A stretch of DNA of 64,000 bases from a virus (Duplodnaviria; Caudoviricetes), in IMG/VR virus record IMGVR_UViG_3300049988_000286, positions 416,001-480,000 of that record; one strand, written 5' to 3'. A program made the position numbers and the translations under genes. Of this stretch, positions 37,675 to 46,959 are shown in pieces. The number at the start of each line of letters is the position of its first letter. Position 1 is the first letter of the stretch. Under the pieces are notes generated by a model that worked only from the letters and a program-made list of their open reading frames with translations, did not search any database and had not been told where the DNA came from.

Positions 37675-37718
37675 GTTTTTATTTATGCCTGAACGGCATC
37701 CGGGCGTCAACATCTTTT

Positions 37719-38051
37719 TTGACCTTCGTGCAATCACGCTGCTACCCTCACGTGATGACGCGTTCGAAACTCGCAGCCCGTTCACGCGATGACTGGCGCT
37801 GCCACACCCTGTCGGTCGAATCGCTGTTCGATGTCCCTAAAGTTAAATGGCTCGTCCGGTTCAACTCCGCCTTCGACAGCGATCAACCCCAGACGTGGCT
37901 CGTTGATTCCGTCGCATACGAGAAAGGAGAGGAAGTGGCGGCTTGGCTCATCGATAGTTGCGACGGAGACTTCGCCATATTGCGTTATCGCGGCCACGTC
38001 ATATTCGAGCGAGAGGATGATGCTCGCCTCTGCTACCTGACCTTTGCTTAG
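37719..38051 (+). CDS. Hypothetical protein, F-x3-D-x3-F-x-L family
   Basis: VIFEREDDARLCYLTF; start uncertain. Confidence 0.6.
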   Translation: MTFVQSRCYPHVMTRSKLAARSRDDWRCHTLSVESLFDVPKVKWLVRFNSAFDSDQPQTWLVDSVAYEKGEEVAAWLIDSCDGDFAILRYRGHVIFEREDDARLCYLTFA

Positions 38052-38359
38052 ATTGCGTACTGGTTCGCGGCGGCGACGAGTTCATCGTGCTCCGCTTCTG
38101 CGGCTTTGTCCGACCACGGCTTGTAGGTGCCGCTCCCATAGCTGCTGTGGATGCGGGGGAAGGGCTGTCCCGAACGCAGCGCCTGACCGGCTTGCCAGAG
38201 CATCACTGCATCCGGGCCAGTGAAACGCTCATCAACCGAGTCCCACTTGGGGTCGTAGTCGGGGCGGATTCCAGCATGGCGCTCGATGAAGGAATCGATA
38301 CGATCGGCGAGATCGGGGTCGGTATGTGCTTCGGTGATCATGTCGATATAGTCGCGCAT
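38048..38359 (-). CDS. Putative head-internal protein
   Basis: MRDYIDMITE 5 nt after TAAATA. Confidence 0.7.
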   Translation of the reverse strand: MRDYIDMITEAHTDPDLADRIDSFIERHAGIRPDYDPKWDSVDERFTGPDAVMLWQAGQALRSGQPFPRIHSSYGSGTYKPWSDKAAEAEHDELVAAANQYAI

Positions 38360-38413
38360 ATGATTATTTAGCGCAAGGCTTGACACCTTACCGAACTATG
38401 CTAACTGACCGGC

Positions 38414-38650
38414 ATGAAGATCAACATCATTCGCCTCATCCGTCGTATCGATCCCACCGAGGGTCTGTTCATGAACCGGTGGACGGCCAGTGATGCACGA
38501 CTGATCGACCTCATGGTCAAGCTGGGTCTCGTCCAGTGGATGAGTGACAGTACAAACTATAATCCCCGATGGCCGCGCGCAAGACAGCATGGGATGCGCC
38601 TCACACTCACGCATCGCGGCACTCTCCTGCATCGCCGGTATGCGCGATGA
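38414..38650 (+). CDS. Small winged-helix-like hypothetical protein
   Basis: 78 aa; follows a TTGACA promoter with a CGAACTAT box. Confidence 0.55.
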   Translation: MKINIIRLIRRIDPTEGLFMNRWTASDARLIDLMVKLGLVQWMSDSTNYNPRWPRARQHGMRLTLTHRGTLLHRRYAR

Positions 38651-38886
38651 TCAAGATTCTTCCCAACACCCTCATCGGCAAGACGCGCTACAAGGCTCGG
38701 CTGCGCCTGTATGACGCGCCCGCGCTACGCGGTCTCTTCGGCGACCCTTACTACCAGCGGCGGCTTGAACTCCGCGAGATGGTGCTCGATCTGGTCAAGC
38801 ATCCGATCCGCGACGAAGGCTCCACCATCTATTTCACGAACAAACAGGATGCCCGCCTCGTGGAGACGATGCTCTTACTGTCCTAG
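38647..38886 (+). CDS. Hypothetical protein, F-x3-D-x3-F-x-L family
   Basis: IYFTNKQDARLV; ATGA coupling. Confidence 0.6.
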   Translation: MIKILPNTLIGKTRYKARLRLYDAPALRGLFGDPYYQRRLELREMVLDLVKHPIRDEGSTIYFTNKQDARLVETMLLLS

Positions 38887-40221
38887 ACCGTACATCTGTG
38901 CGAAACGCTGTCCTAGTCCGTACATCTGCGCGAAACGCTGCGCATTCGCCGTCCCGGCCTCGCTGAACATAGGCTCGCCGTTCGAGCCCATCTCGGCGAA
39001 GAGGTTGTTGCACAACTCGCGCGCCACCGGCACGCCCGCCGCTGCGATCATCAACCGAACCAGCATCGCGATCTCCGCACTGTAATCGAGCCTTACTGGC
39101 GTGTCGTAGATGTCGGCGAGGAGACGATCGTCGCTCATCGAGTTCATGATCAATCGACGAATGTCATGAGCGACTTGTCGCTTGCCCACTTCGTCCCACT
39201 TCATCTTTGGCAGCATCGCTTCGATCACGCCCGCATAGCGGGGCAGCCTCTGATTATCTGGAACGACGAGGCGAACCAATTTATGTTCACCGCCGTTGTT
39301 CGATATTTCGATTTGGACATACATGCTGGCGCGATCTCCGGCGAGACGCTCGATGAGCCATGACATCCTACCGGGCTTGATGTAACGCCCGTATTGCTTC
39401 GCTGCTTTAATGAGATCGCGTGGTTGATTGATCTCTATATCAAGAACGTCGGTGCGCGGATTGTTCAGACGATCGACGACGCGAATCACGCGCGTCGAGA
39501 AGAACACCGCCTGAATGGGCTCATTGCTGTGGATGATCCCCATACCCTCGTCCACCACGGCGGTGACTCCGATACGGAGCAGAAGGTTGGTCCACACCGC
39601 CGCTGCACCAGACTCGTGGTTGGCCATGTGGCAGATGTTCAACACATCGGCGGGACCGAAGCCTTTGGCGTCACCCTCCCGGCGAAGATGCACGATGATG
39701 TGGGCGACTAGGCGGGAGAACGCCCACCAGATGCCCGCAGGGCTCTTCTGATAGGCATTCTCTGCCGCGTAGGTGAAGACCTTGCTCCAAATGAGTTCCT
39801 TCACCCGTTCGCGCGGCAGCGGCTTGTTGTCGCCATCAAGGAGCGGGAAGCGATCAAGGAGGAAATCCCCCACGGCCTCGTTCAGCTTCTGGAACCTCGC
39901 TACCGAGTCGCCGCGCAGGAACACCGCTCCAATCTCGTTGACGAGTTTTATGACGGAAATATAGGGGGCCTGTCCCGCGAACGGCACGGTATCACCCTCG
40001 ATCTGTTCTTCCATCAACCCAATCGGATAGGCGTAGATGCCGATCGGCGTATCAAAGGTCGAGCGAGGGTTGACCCCGATCTTGTCCAGCTTGGTGAAGC
40101 TGGCGAACCACCATCCCGGCTTCTTCGCGTACGTGAGGAGTTCCTCGATCGAGGCGCTGTTACGCGCGTGGGTATTGAGGTCGGGGTTGCGTCGTGCTTC
40201 GACGAGATTGTGGTAGCGCAT
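38875..40221 (-). CDS. Putative head-internal protein, paralog of 43812..44981
   Basis: MRYHNLVEARRNP 4 nt after TAAATA; shared motifs TPIGIYAYP and GIIHSNE-x2-QAVF. Confidence 0.75.
   Translation of the reverse strand: MRYHNLVEARRNPDLNTHARNSASIEELLTYAKKPGWWFASFTKLDKIGVNPRSTFDTPIGIYAYPIGLMEEQIEGDTVPFAGQAPYISVIKLVNEIGAVFLRGDSVARFQKLNEAVGDFLLDRFPLLDGDNKPLPRERVKELIWSKVFTYAAENAYQKSPAGIWWAFSRLVAHIIVHLRREGDAKGFGPADVLNICHMANHESGAAAVWTNLLLRIGVTAVVDEGMGIIHSNEPIQAVFFSTRVIRVVDRLNNPRTDVLDIEINQPRDLIKAAKQYGRYIKPGRMSWLIERLAGDRASMYVQIEISNNGGEHKLVRLVVPDNQRLPRYAGVIEAMLPKMKWDEVGKRQVAHDIRRLIMNSMSDDRLLADIYDTPVRLDYSAEIAMLVRLMIAAAGVPVARELCNNLFAEMGSNGEPMFSEAGTANAQRFAQMYGLGQRFAQMYGLGQ
38881..38940. repeat. 30-nt tandem duplication (28/30 identical)
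   Basis: tcctagaccgtacatctgtgcgaaacgctg / tcctagtccgtacatctgcgcgaaacgctg; encodes QRFAQMYGLG twice. Confidence 0.9.
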
Positions 40222-40224
40222 CGG

Positions 40225-41247
40225 TTATTTAGAGCGCCGTGGTTTGCCCGTGTAGCGATCGTAATCGACCTGATCGATCGCCTCATTACCGGCTTTGGTG
40301 ATCTTCGCTCTTGCATATTGCTGATCATCCGGGATGCAATAGAGACCGTCGTCTTTGCCACGGTTGACTACTCGGCACCAACGACGGACGAAGGTTTCGA
40401 ACCTGTCCTCCTTCGTTCCGTAGAGTTCATGTGGGAGCAAGATGAAGTCACCGTTCTCGTTCTCGTACCGCACGATGTTGAGGCGGGCTACCGGCTTCTC
40501 GATGTTGGTATCGGAATCGCGGATCAGGTAGGCGATCAGCGACTGTCCTTGCGCGTAGCGGGCGACATACCGCCGTTCCTTACCGTCCGTGAGGCTTGTG
40601 CAGCTTGTCCATCCCCGACCGGTGCTCATACCCGCTATGTCATAGGGATGACGCGAGATCACCACCGTGTAGGGCTCGGTTTTCTTAGTGAGGTCGCGGG
40701 TAGGATCGGTCTCGTAGGCGCGTTTCACCACGAGGAATTGATCCAGCATCTGGGTCATCGTGTGCACGGGGTCGGCGAGAAAGCTGTCGATCTCTGCCGC
40801 ATCCCTGACATACCGGCGATACTGCGCCTCGATGCGGTTCAGGACTTTACCGATCCGGACTTCGCGATCGAGAACAGTGACGACGCCGCGCCTGTATTGC
40901 GCGCGCATCTCCGCGATGCGCTCTTCTCTATCTTCACCAAAGAGAACGAGTGTGCACTCCTCGTTCCAACAAAGGGGCTTGATGTCGTCGAAGCCGATGT
41001 CGTGGAAGACGCCTTTATTGTTCGGAGAGAATTGGCGAATCTGCTCGTAGACGCGCTCCATGACATCGAAGTGAACGTCCCCGAGCGCGTTCTCGCGGAT
41101 GATCGGGAAGTAAAGGCGATCCGGGCTCTTGCGCACGAACTTCTTGTTAGCGGCGAAGAGATCGTCGTAGGGGCGCGGCCCCGCCGCCTTCATGATCGGG
41201 CGGGCGAGGCTCAACGGAACGGCTTCGAATAGGTCGCGGATCAGCAT
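40225..41247 (-). CDS. Putative head-internal protein
   Basis: MLIRDLFE 4 nt after TAAATA; ISRHPYDIAGMSTGRGWTSC. Confidence 0.75.
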   Translation of the reverse strand: MLIRDLFEAVPLSLARPIMKAAGPRPYDDLFAANKKFVRKSPDRLYFPIIRENALGDVHFDVMERVYEQIRQFSPNNKGVFHDIGFDDIKPLCWNEECTLVLFGEDREERIAEMRAQYRRGVVTVLDREVRIGKVLNRIEAQYRRYVRDAAEIDSFLADPVHTMTQMLDQFLVVKRAYETDPTRDLTKKTEPYTVVISRHPYDIAGMSTGRGWTSCTSLTDGKERRYVARYAQGQSLIAYLIRDSDTNIEKPVARLNIVRYENENGDFILLPHELYGTKEDRFETFVRRWCRVVNRGKDDGLYCIPDDQQYARAKITKAGNEAIDQVDYDRYTGKPRRSK

Positions 41248-41254
41248 CCACTAT

Positions 41255-41530
41255 TTATCGGAGCATCGGGTACTCCAAGAGGAACAGCGTCTGCCAGTGA
41301 TCGGTCTTAAAGAGGGAAGCACCGATCTCGTACTCGATCCGGTACCGGCGCTCTATCTCCGCCCTCGCTACGTTGGGCTCGATCTCACCAAGGCTTCCAT
41401 AATATGGCTTCCACGCACGGTTCGTGGCATCCTTGATCAGGGTATTGAGATCAACCATGGCTGCGCGTTGCGCATACCTTCGACGATCGATCACGCTTGC
41501 GCGCTGGTAGCTTCGGTTACGATGGCGCAT
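41255..41530 (-). CDS. Hypothetical protein (91 aa)
   Basis: TGATG coupling. Confidence 0.5.
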   Translation of the reverse strand: MRHRNRSYQRASVIDRRRYAQRAAMVDLNTLIKDATNRAWKPYYGSLGEIEPNVARAEIERRYRIEYEIGASLFKTDHWQTLFLLEYPMLR

Positions 41531-42246
41531 CAGGCGTTCCGCTTCAGGAGGTCGAGCACCTTGTCGCGCAGCGCAATCGCTTCCTCTTCGCTGGCACGGT
41601 AGACGTTGATGGCGTTACCGTGGTCGCCGATGTCGATGCCCGAGGTGAAAAAATCATCGCCTTTGTTACGGTAGGTGTCGCCGGGCTTGAAGGCGGCGGC
41701 GCGCACCTCCTTGTCACTGCGATCTTGAGCGATGTGAGCGTGGGTTTGCGCGGCGATCCCCAAGTCGGTCAGCCAGACGCGTGCCGCACTGGAATCCTCG
41801 TAGAAGGTGCCATCGACGAAGTTGGCATCGACGAGTTTCCAGAGCGCCGCCTTGTTCATCTTGAACGCTGCCGGGGCATCGGTGAATTCGAGCAGAAGAG
41901 TGCGCGCCGTCTTGGAAAGCTTCTGGAGCGCGGCGTGCATCTTGGAGCGGTCATCGCCCTTCTGGCGACGAGTGCGCGAGTCCGCATACTTGATCGAATA
42001 GCACGCCGCGTAGAAGGAGCGAAGCTTCTTGCTGCCGGTAGTGCCCCGGCCGTGCGGGTAGCGCTGCATAAAGTCCTCGACGATCGCCGAGAGATACTCG
42101 CGCGCCAGCTTGGGTCGCGTCGCGTGATGGATCAGCATCCCGGCGACGAACACCTCGTAGTTGGGATCAATGCCCTTGGCCTCTTCAGCGATCTGGAGAC
42201 GCGCCATCGTGGCGTTGGGGATCGGCATTCCGGTGAAGTTGTGCAT
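41530..42246 (-). CDS. Hypothetical early protein (238 aa)
   Basis: SD AAGGAG; upstream TTGACT-N17-TAGATA. Confidence 0.7.
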   Translation of the reverse strand: MHNFTGMPIPNATMARLQIAEEAKGIDPNYEVFVAGMLIHHATRPKLAREYLSAIVEDFMQRYPHGRGTTGSKKLRSFYAACYSIKYADSRTRRQKGDDRSKMHAALQKLSKTARTLLLEFTDAPAAFKMNKAALWKLVDANFVDGTFYEDSSAARVWLTDLGIAAQTHAHIAQDRSDKEVRAAAFKPGDTYRNKGDDFFTSGIDIGDHGNAINVYRASEEEAIALRDKVLDLLKRNA

Positions 42247-42309
42247 CGCGTTGCTCCTTACCGAACTATCTACGGCTAATCGTTTAGCGAGTCAAGCGCT
42301 AAATACCGC

Positions 42310-43809
42310 ATGGTTTCCTCCCTCAATGGTCCGACGAAGATCGGTGATCCGCTGGTCGCTGGTGTAAACGTCCGCCGCGTCTTCGATGCTCGCGTCAACG
42401 CCTACATCGCAACCGCGACTACCTCGCTGACGGTAGACTACACGCTGGCGCTCATCACTTTCTCGAAACGGATTGATGCGTTCGCATCATCGATCAAGGG
42501 GTTGTGGTTCTACAATTCGCCCGAGACAGCATTGTCGCTGCGAAACTTCATGAATCCCATGGGCACACAGAGCACGATGGTGGCCAGCGGCGCAACGCAC
42601 GATCCGGGTTATGGTTGGCGCATCACTGCTGCGCGCGGCTATGTCCGCACGCCTACCGGAATGACGGCACTCACCCGCACCACTGCGCAACCCTCACTGG
42701 ATTGGACCCCCACCGGTAACACCCTCGGAGGGGTGGAAGATGGGTCCGGACCCGACACCTACGATTACGCCTATCCGGTTGGGAGCCAAGGAACGAACTT
42801 TCGCGTCGTCAAGCAGGATAATCGCCCCACGGGATCGACCAGTTTCATGAACCGAGCCACTTATGCATCGCAGTCCTACACTCCCGCGCGGACAAACCAT
42901 ATAACCATGTCGGGTAAGCTGGGTGATATTAGCGCCATCTATGCTATCAATGGTCGCGTCGGCCTAGTAGGCAATAACGTCAACGGAACGCTCTCGTTCA
43001 CTAACGTCGCTGTGGGCGTCGGAGCGGTTTCTGCACAGTTCGATACCTCAATCGGTGCTCGCCATCCCATCTTCTACGTCGGCACAGAGTTGACGATTGC
43101 TCAAGTCACCACTCTTCATGCCGCCGTTGATGAATACCTACTCGCAACTCGGCCGGGATGGCAGACTACTGTTGGAATCACCGGCAATCAAACCACTGAC
43201 AACATGGCGCGCACCATTACCGTGTCATCGATTTACGATCAGACCAATAACAGCAGCAACATCACACAAGGTGGTGTACTCCGATCGAGGCGCGTTGGCT
43301 CTTACTACGATGACGGGGAAGGAAACTCATACTATGAATCCAATGATGGTCAACCTAATCGACAGGTAAACACCAGCCCATATCCCTTCGCGAGAGAGCG
43401 ATTTTGGGAAGCGAAGGTTCTCACCAATACGAACCGTTGGGCAGTCGTCATGTATGGTGTTGATTACTCGGGTTCTAATTATCTCATGGTATTGTTTAGT
43501 ACCAATAATAAAATCGAGATTTACTCGAATGTAAACGGCAATAGCACTCTCCTTGGCACCTTCTCGATTACCTCTATCCTCAATAAGGTCATTCGCATCT
43601 GGGTGGCGGCTGATGTACTCTACGTCCGTAATGTGACTGACAACACCATGTTGGTGAACGGCCAGACTCTGCCTTCGGCGGCAGCATATTTGAGCAATAA
43701 TCAATCCCCGTATGTGATCTTTTATCCCGTCATTCCCAATGGCGTGCAGGTGGATGAGTACCACCCTTGGTTAGATGATCTTCGTCTCGGTGATGGAACA
43801 GGAGTCTAA
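42310..43809 (+). CDS. Late beta-rich protein, probable tail fibre/virion surface lectin-like protein
   Basis: 499 aa, Thr/Asn/Gly/Ser-rich; ATG 4 nt after TAAATA. Confidence 0.65.
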   Translation: MVSSLNGPTKIGDPLVAGVNVRRVFDARVNAYIATATTSLTVDYTLALITFSKRIDAFASSIKGLWFYNSPETALSLRNFMNPMGTQSTMVASGATHDPGYGWRITAARGYVRTPTGMTALTRTTAQPSLDWTPTGNTLGGVEDGSGPDTYDYAYPVGSQGTNFRVVKQDNRPTGSTSFMNRATYASQSYTPARTNHITMSGKLGDISAIYAINGRVGLVGNNVNGTLSFTNVAVGVGAVSAQFDTSIGARHPIFYVGTELTIAQVTTLHAAVDEYLLATRPGWQTTVGITGNQTTDNMARTITVSSIYDQTNNSSNITQGGVLRSRRVGSYYDDGEGNSYYESNDGQPNRQVNTSPYPFARERFWEAKVLTNTNRWAVVMYGVDYSGSNYLMVLFSTNNKIEIYSNVNGNSTLLGTFSITSILNKVIRIWVAADVLYVRNVTDNTMLVNGQTLPSAAAYLSNNQSPYVIFYPVIPNGVQVDEYHPWLDDLRLGDGTGV

Positions 43810-43811
43810 CC

Positions 43812-44981
43812 ATGCGTGCTATTCAGATCATAGAAGCAAGAAGCAATCCCGCGCTCAACATCGGCGGAAAGATCGGATCGACCTTCTCGGACATCTCGGA
43901 TTTCTACGACGATGACACCTACGTGTCCCTGACCGCTTTGCCCAAGCTAGGCTTCAATCCCCTGTCCTCATACTCGACGCCACTTGGCGTCTATGCCTAC
44001 CCGCTTGGCGATAAAACCATCCAAGATCAGCTTGAAACCGAGACCCTGCCGTTCGCGGGTAAGCAGCCTTACATCAATGTGTTGCGCGCGCAAGTCGATG
44101 TGGTCGATCTGCGCTGGGACTTCAAGTATTTCGCCTATTTGTCCGACCTCTACGACGCATATCTGTTGAAGCACCTTCGCATCAACCTTCCCAGCGATGC
44201 CAACTTGGAGAAGGATCGCAAGAAGGTCATCAACGATATCCGCGTCACGGCAGAGGATAGTGCCAAGATCAAATCCGCCGGGGGAATGTGGTGGAACCAT
44301 GGCCGTGTTGCCGCCTTGCTGCTCACACGCCAGCGCAGTCCATCATACCTCTTCCCCGACGAAATCGACGACATTGTAAGGAATCAAACCCACATACCGG
44401 GTAGCCACGCTATGTGGACGAAGATCATGCTCGCGATCGGGGTCAAGGCAGTAGTGGATCATGGCCGGGGAATTATCCACAGCAATGAACGCACCCAAGC
44501 TGTGTTCCTGTCCCCCGATGCTTTCAAAATCCTGACCCGTGTCAGCAATCCACACAACGACGCCAATAAGACCTTGGTGGTCAAGACCGCGTATGACTTC
44601 TCGCGCTTGCTTGCACGGACGAATTATTCCATTAATTGCCGAGTAGTGTCGAAGCTCTTCCTTAATGCCGTCATGGGCTGGGCGTATCGGGATCACGTCT
44701 CTTTCTATCGGGACAATAAGTATGACACTATCCTTGTCCAGATGGAACAGGGTCAGCAAACCGATGTATTGGGATGGGCGCGTGTCATGAAGAAATCATT
44801 TGCGCGCATGACCCACTTCGACCTCAATCGGTTCGCGCGTTTGCTCATGTCCACCTTCCCCGACACCGAAGACGATCCGCATGGCAAGCTCTACGCTGCG
44901 GTCATGCGCGCGATGATCCCCGCTGATCTCCTCGCTGAAGTCAGGGACAAAGCCGCGATGGAGTCGTTCGATAGCTACTAG
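43812..44981 (+). CDS. Putative head-internal protein, paralog of 38875..40221
   Basis: MRAIQIIEARSNP; TPLGVYAYP, PFAG, GIIHSNERTQAVF. Confidence 0.75.
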   Translation: MRAIQIIEARSNPALNIGGKIGSTFSDISDFYDDDTYVSLTALPKLGFNPLSSYSTPLGVYAYPLGDKTIQDQLETETLPFAGKQPYINVLRAQVDVVDLRWDFKYFAYLSDLYDAYLLKHLRINLPSDANLEKDRKKVINDIRVTAEDSAKIKSAGGMWWNHGRVAALLLTRQRSPSYLFPDEIDDIVRNQTHIPGSHAMWTKIMLAIGVKAVVDHGRGIIHSNERTQAVFLSPDAFKILTRVSNPHNDANKTLVVKTAYDFSRLLARTNYSINCRVVSKLFLNAVMGWAYRDHVSFYRDNKYDTILVQMEQGQQTDVLGWARVMKKSFARMTHFDLNRFARLLMSTFPDTEDDPHGKLYAAVMRAMIPADLLAEVRDKAAMESFDSY

Positions 44982-45361
44982 AGCCCGATGAGGAAGAGGA
45001 CGCGATCTTCATCCCGGTCGAAGTCAATGTGGAACTCCGTTTTGCGGTCGTAGTCCGACCCGTGCAAGACATACACCGTGCCTAGCGCATAATCGAGAGA
45101 GACGCGGACTCGTTCCCATTCCTCTTGGGTAAGTCTGATGTGGTTACGCGCAACAACTTTCGATGCATCGTATTCTGTCCAGAGGTGCCAGAGTATTCCG
45201 AGACCCACGGTAAGGATCGCTCCAATGGTTCCGGAAACAATGATTGACATGGCTCCGTATCGGGGAGTCAGGATTACGCTCGCTACCATAACGGAAAAGC
45301 TGATCAGGCCCACGATACAGACGAATGGTCCTTTGCCGCGCGGATAGACGCGCACCTTCAT
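44978..45361 (-). CDS. 2-TM protein with F-x3-D-x3-F-x-L C-terminal domain (tandem copy 3)
   Basis: Two hydrophobic helices; IDFDRDEDRVLFLIGL. Confidence 0.7.
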   Translation of the reverse strand: MKVRVYPRGKGPFVCIVGLISFSVMVASVILTPRYGAMSIIVSGTIGAILTVGLGILWHLWTEYDASKVVARNHIRLTQEEWERVRVSLDYALGTVYVLHGSDYDRKTEFHIDFDRDEDRVLFLIGL

Positions 45362-45741
45362 CGATTGAGGAGGAACATGACTCGATCGTGGTCATGTTTG
45401 AACTCGACCCGGCATCGCTGCACCCCGATCTCGTCACGAACATCTGTGTTGGTGAAGTCGCGCCAACGATGCCCCCGCCCCGGCACGGCGGCAAGAGCCT
45501 CCCACTCCGTCTCATCGATCGCGATCAGATCGTCTCGCGCCAACATTCTCGCCAGATCGCGGGCACACCAAGAGCGCCAGACGAGCAGTGTCGAGAATAC
45601 CAACACCGCGATCGAGATCGCGCCGAACATGAACCATCCGACACTCGGTGCATGGGTGAACACGACGCCGAAGGCAGTCACACCAGCGGCGAGGCTCACC
45701 CCCATCAACCATCCGCGACGCGGGTAGCGGATCGCCGTCAT
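45358..45741 (-). CDS. 2-TM protein with F-x3-D-x3-F-x-L C-terminal domain (tandem copy 2)
   Basis: VEFKHDHDRVMFLLNR. Confidence 0.7.
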   Translation of the reverse strand: MTAIRYPRRGWLMGVSLAAGVTAFGVVFTHAPSVGWFMFGAISIAVLVFSTLLVWRSWCARDLARMLARDDLIAIDETEWEALAAVPGRGHRWRDFTNTDVRDEIGVQRCRVEFKHDHDRVMFLLNR

Positions 45742-46265
45742 CGGTTGAGAATGAACATGACCCGCTCATGCTCGTCGTCGAAGGTCAGGTAGCCGGTTCG
45801 CCACCCGATACCATCGAGGTGAAGTTGTCCATCAATGGTGCGGGCATCCACGAGGTCGAGAACCCCGCCGGGCTGCGTGTGCTCCACTGTGGCGAGTTCA
45901 CTTTGTGTCAGCAGAACAGCTTGAGCAGAACGTTCCAGCCGATCTCGCGTGTCCAGCATCTTTTCAACTGCCGAGCGGACATGAACGACGGCCACGACAA
46001 CCACAGTGACGGGGATCGTGATTGCGCTCAAGGCGTAGAGGATACTACCGAAGATGATCGCAATCGCGATCCCCACCCCAGCCGCGATCCACAACGAGGG
46101 AATGATGCCCCGGCGGAACACTGCTTGCTCGATCGATTCGATGGTACCGTGATCGACTACCCGCAGCGACCCGAGCTTACCCCTGCGGTACATTTCGACG
46201 AGCGACATGAGCGACTCGCGTCCCATTACCGTATCACCCGTCCAACCCTCATCGCTTGCGACCAT
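45738..46265 (-). CDS. 2-TM protein with F-x3-D-x3-F-x-L C-terminal domain (tandem copy 1)
   Basis: SD AGGAGG; LTFDDEHERVMFILNR. Confidence 0.7.
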   Translation of the reverse strand: MVASDEGWTGDTVMGRESLMSLVEMYRRGKLGSLRVVDHGTIESIEQAVFRRGIIPSLWIAAGVGIAIAIIFGSILYALSAITIPVTVVVVAVVHVRSAVEKMLDTRDRLERSAQAVLLTQSELATVEHTQPGGVLDLVDARTIDGQLHLDGIGWRTGYLTFDDEHERVMFILNR

Positions 46266-46353
46266 AGCATCCTCCTGTCGCGCATGTAGCGAACTATTCC
46301 ACGTCAAGCAAGACTAGATTGACAAACTCAATAGTTCGCTATATTACGCGAGT

Positions 46354-46704
46354 ATGAAAATCCTCACCCCTCTGTTCGCCCTGTCGCTGATCGCCTGTGC
46401 CAACCACACGATCGATCCCCGCTACCGGGATGCCAAGATTACGATCGGTAATGAGGTGGCGCTCTTCTACGCCAATGTCGTGAACGGTTCACCATCGGGT
46501 CACGCCGTGATGCGCTCGCGATTGGTCAACTACGCCGCCCTCGCAAAGGCCTTCGACGACGATCAGGGCGTTAGGATTGCCGAACGCCTTGAGGCCGCGA
46601 TCGGAGAAACCCAGAAGCTAGACTGCTCACGGATAACCGATGCACGGTGCGTCGAACTCCGCGATGCCGCCGCCCCCTACTTGACTGACGACGCCCTTAA
46701 TTGA
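46354..46704 (+). CDS. Small lipoprotein
   Basis: Lipobox LIAC after a hydrophobic signal. Confidence 0.7.
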   Translation: MKILTPLFALSLIACANHTIDPRYRDAKITIGNEVALFYANVVNGSPSGHAVMRSRLVNYAALAKAFDDDQGVRIAERLEAAIGETQKLDCSRITDARCVELRDAAAPYLTDDALN

Positions 46705-46716
46705 TCTAAATAATCG

Positions 46717-46959
46717 ATGAGAAACTTCATCGACATCATCGAGGGTGCAAATGCGCCGCGTCAGGCACAAGAAATCTACGCCAGCATGTCAATGTTGGCG
46801 CGTTATAGGCTGCACGAATTGCTCCCCTACACCGCAGACAAAGCAGCGCGCGAAGCTGCCGCGATCGACTATATCGCTGCTCACCTTGACGAATACACCA
46901 AACCACCAGTCGAGGATACGCGCGATATCGCCGATGGCGGCATTCATCGCCTCTACTAG
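46717..46959 (+). CDS. Small putative head-internal protein
   Basis: MRNFIDIIE 4 nt after TAAATA. Confidence 0.7.
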   Translation: MRNFIDIIEGANAPRQAQEIYASMSMLARYRLHELLPYTADKAAREAAAIDYIAAHLDEYTKPPVEDTRDIADGGIHRLY

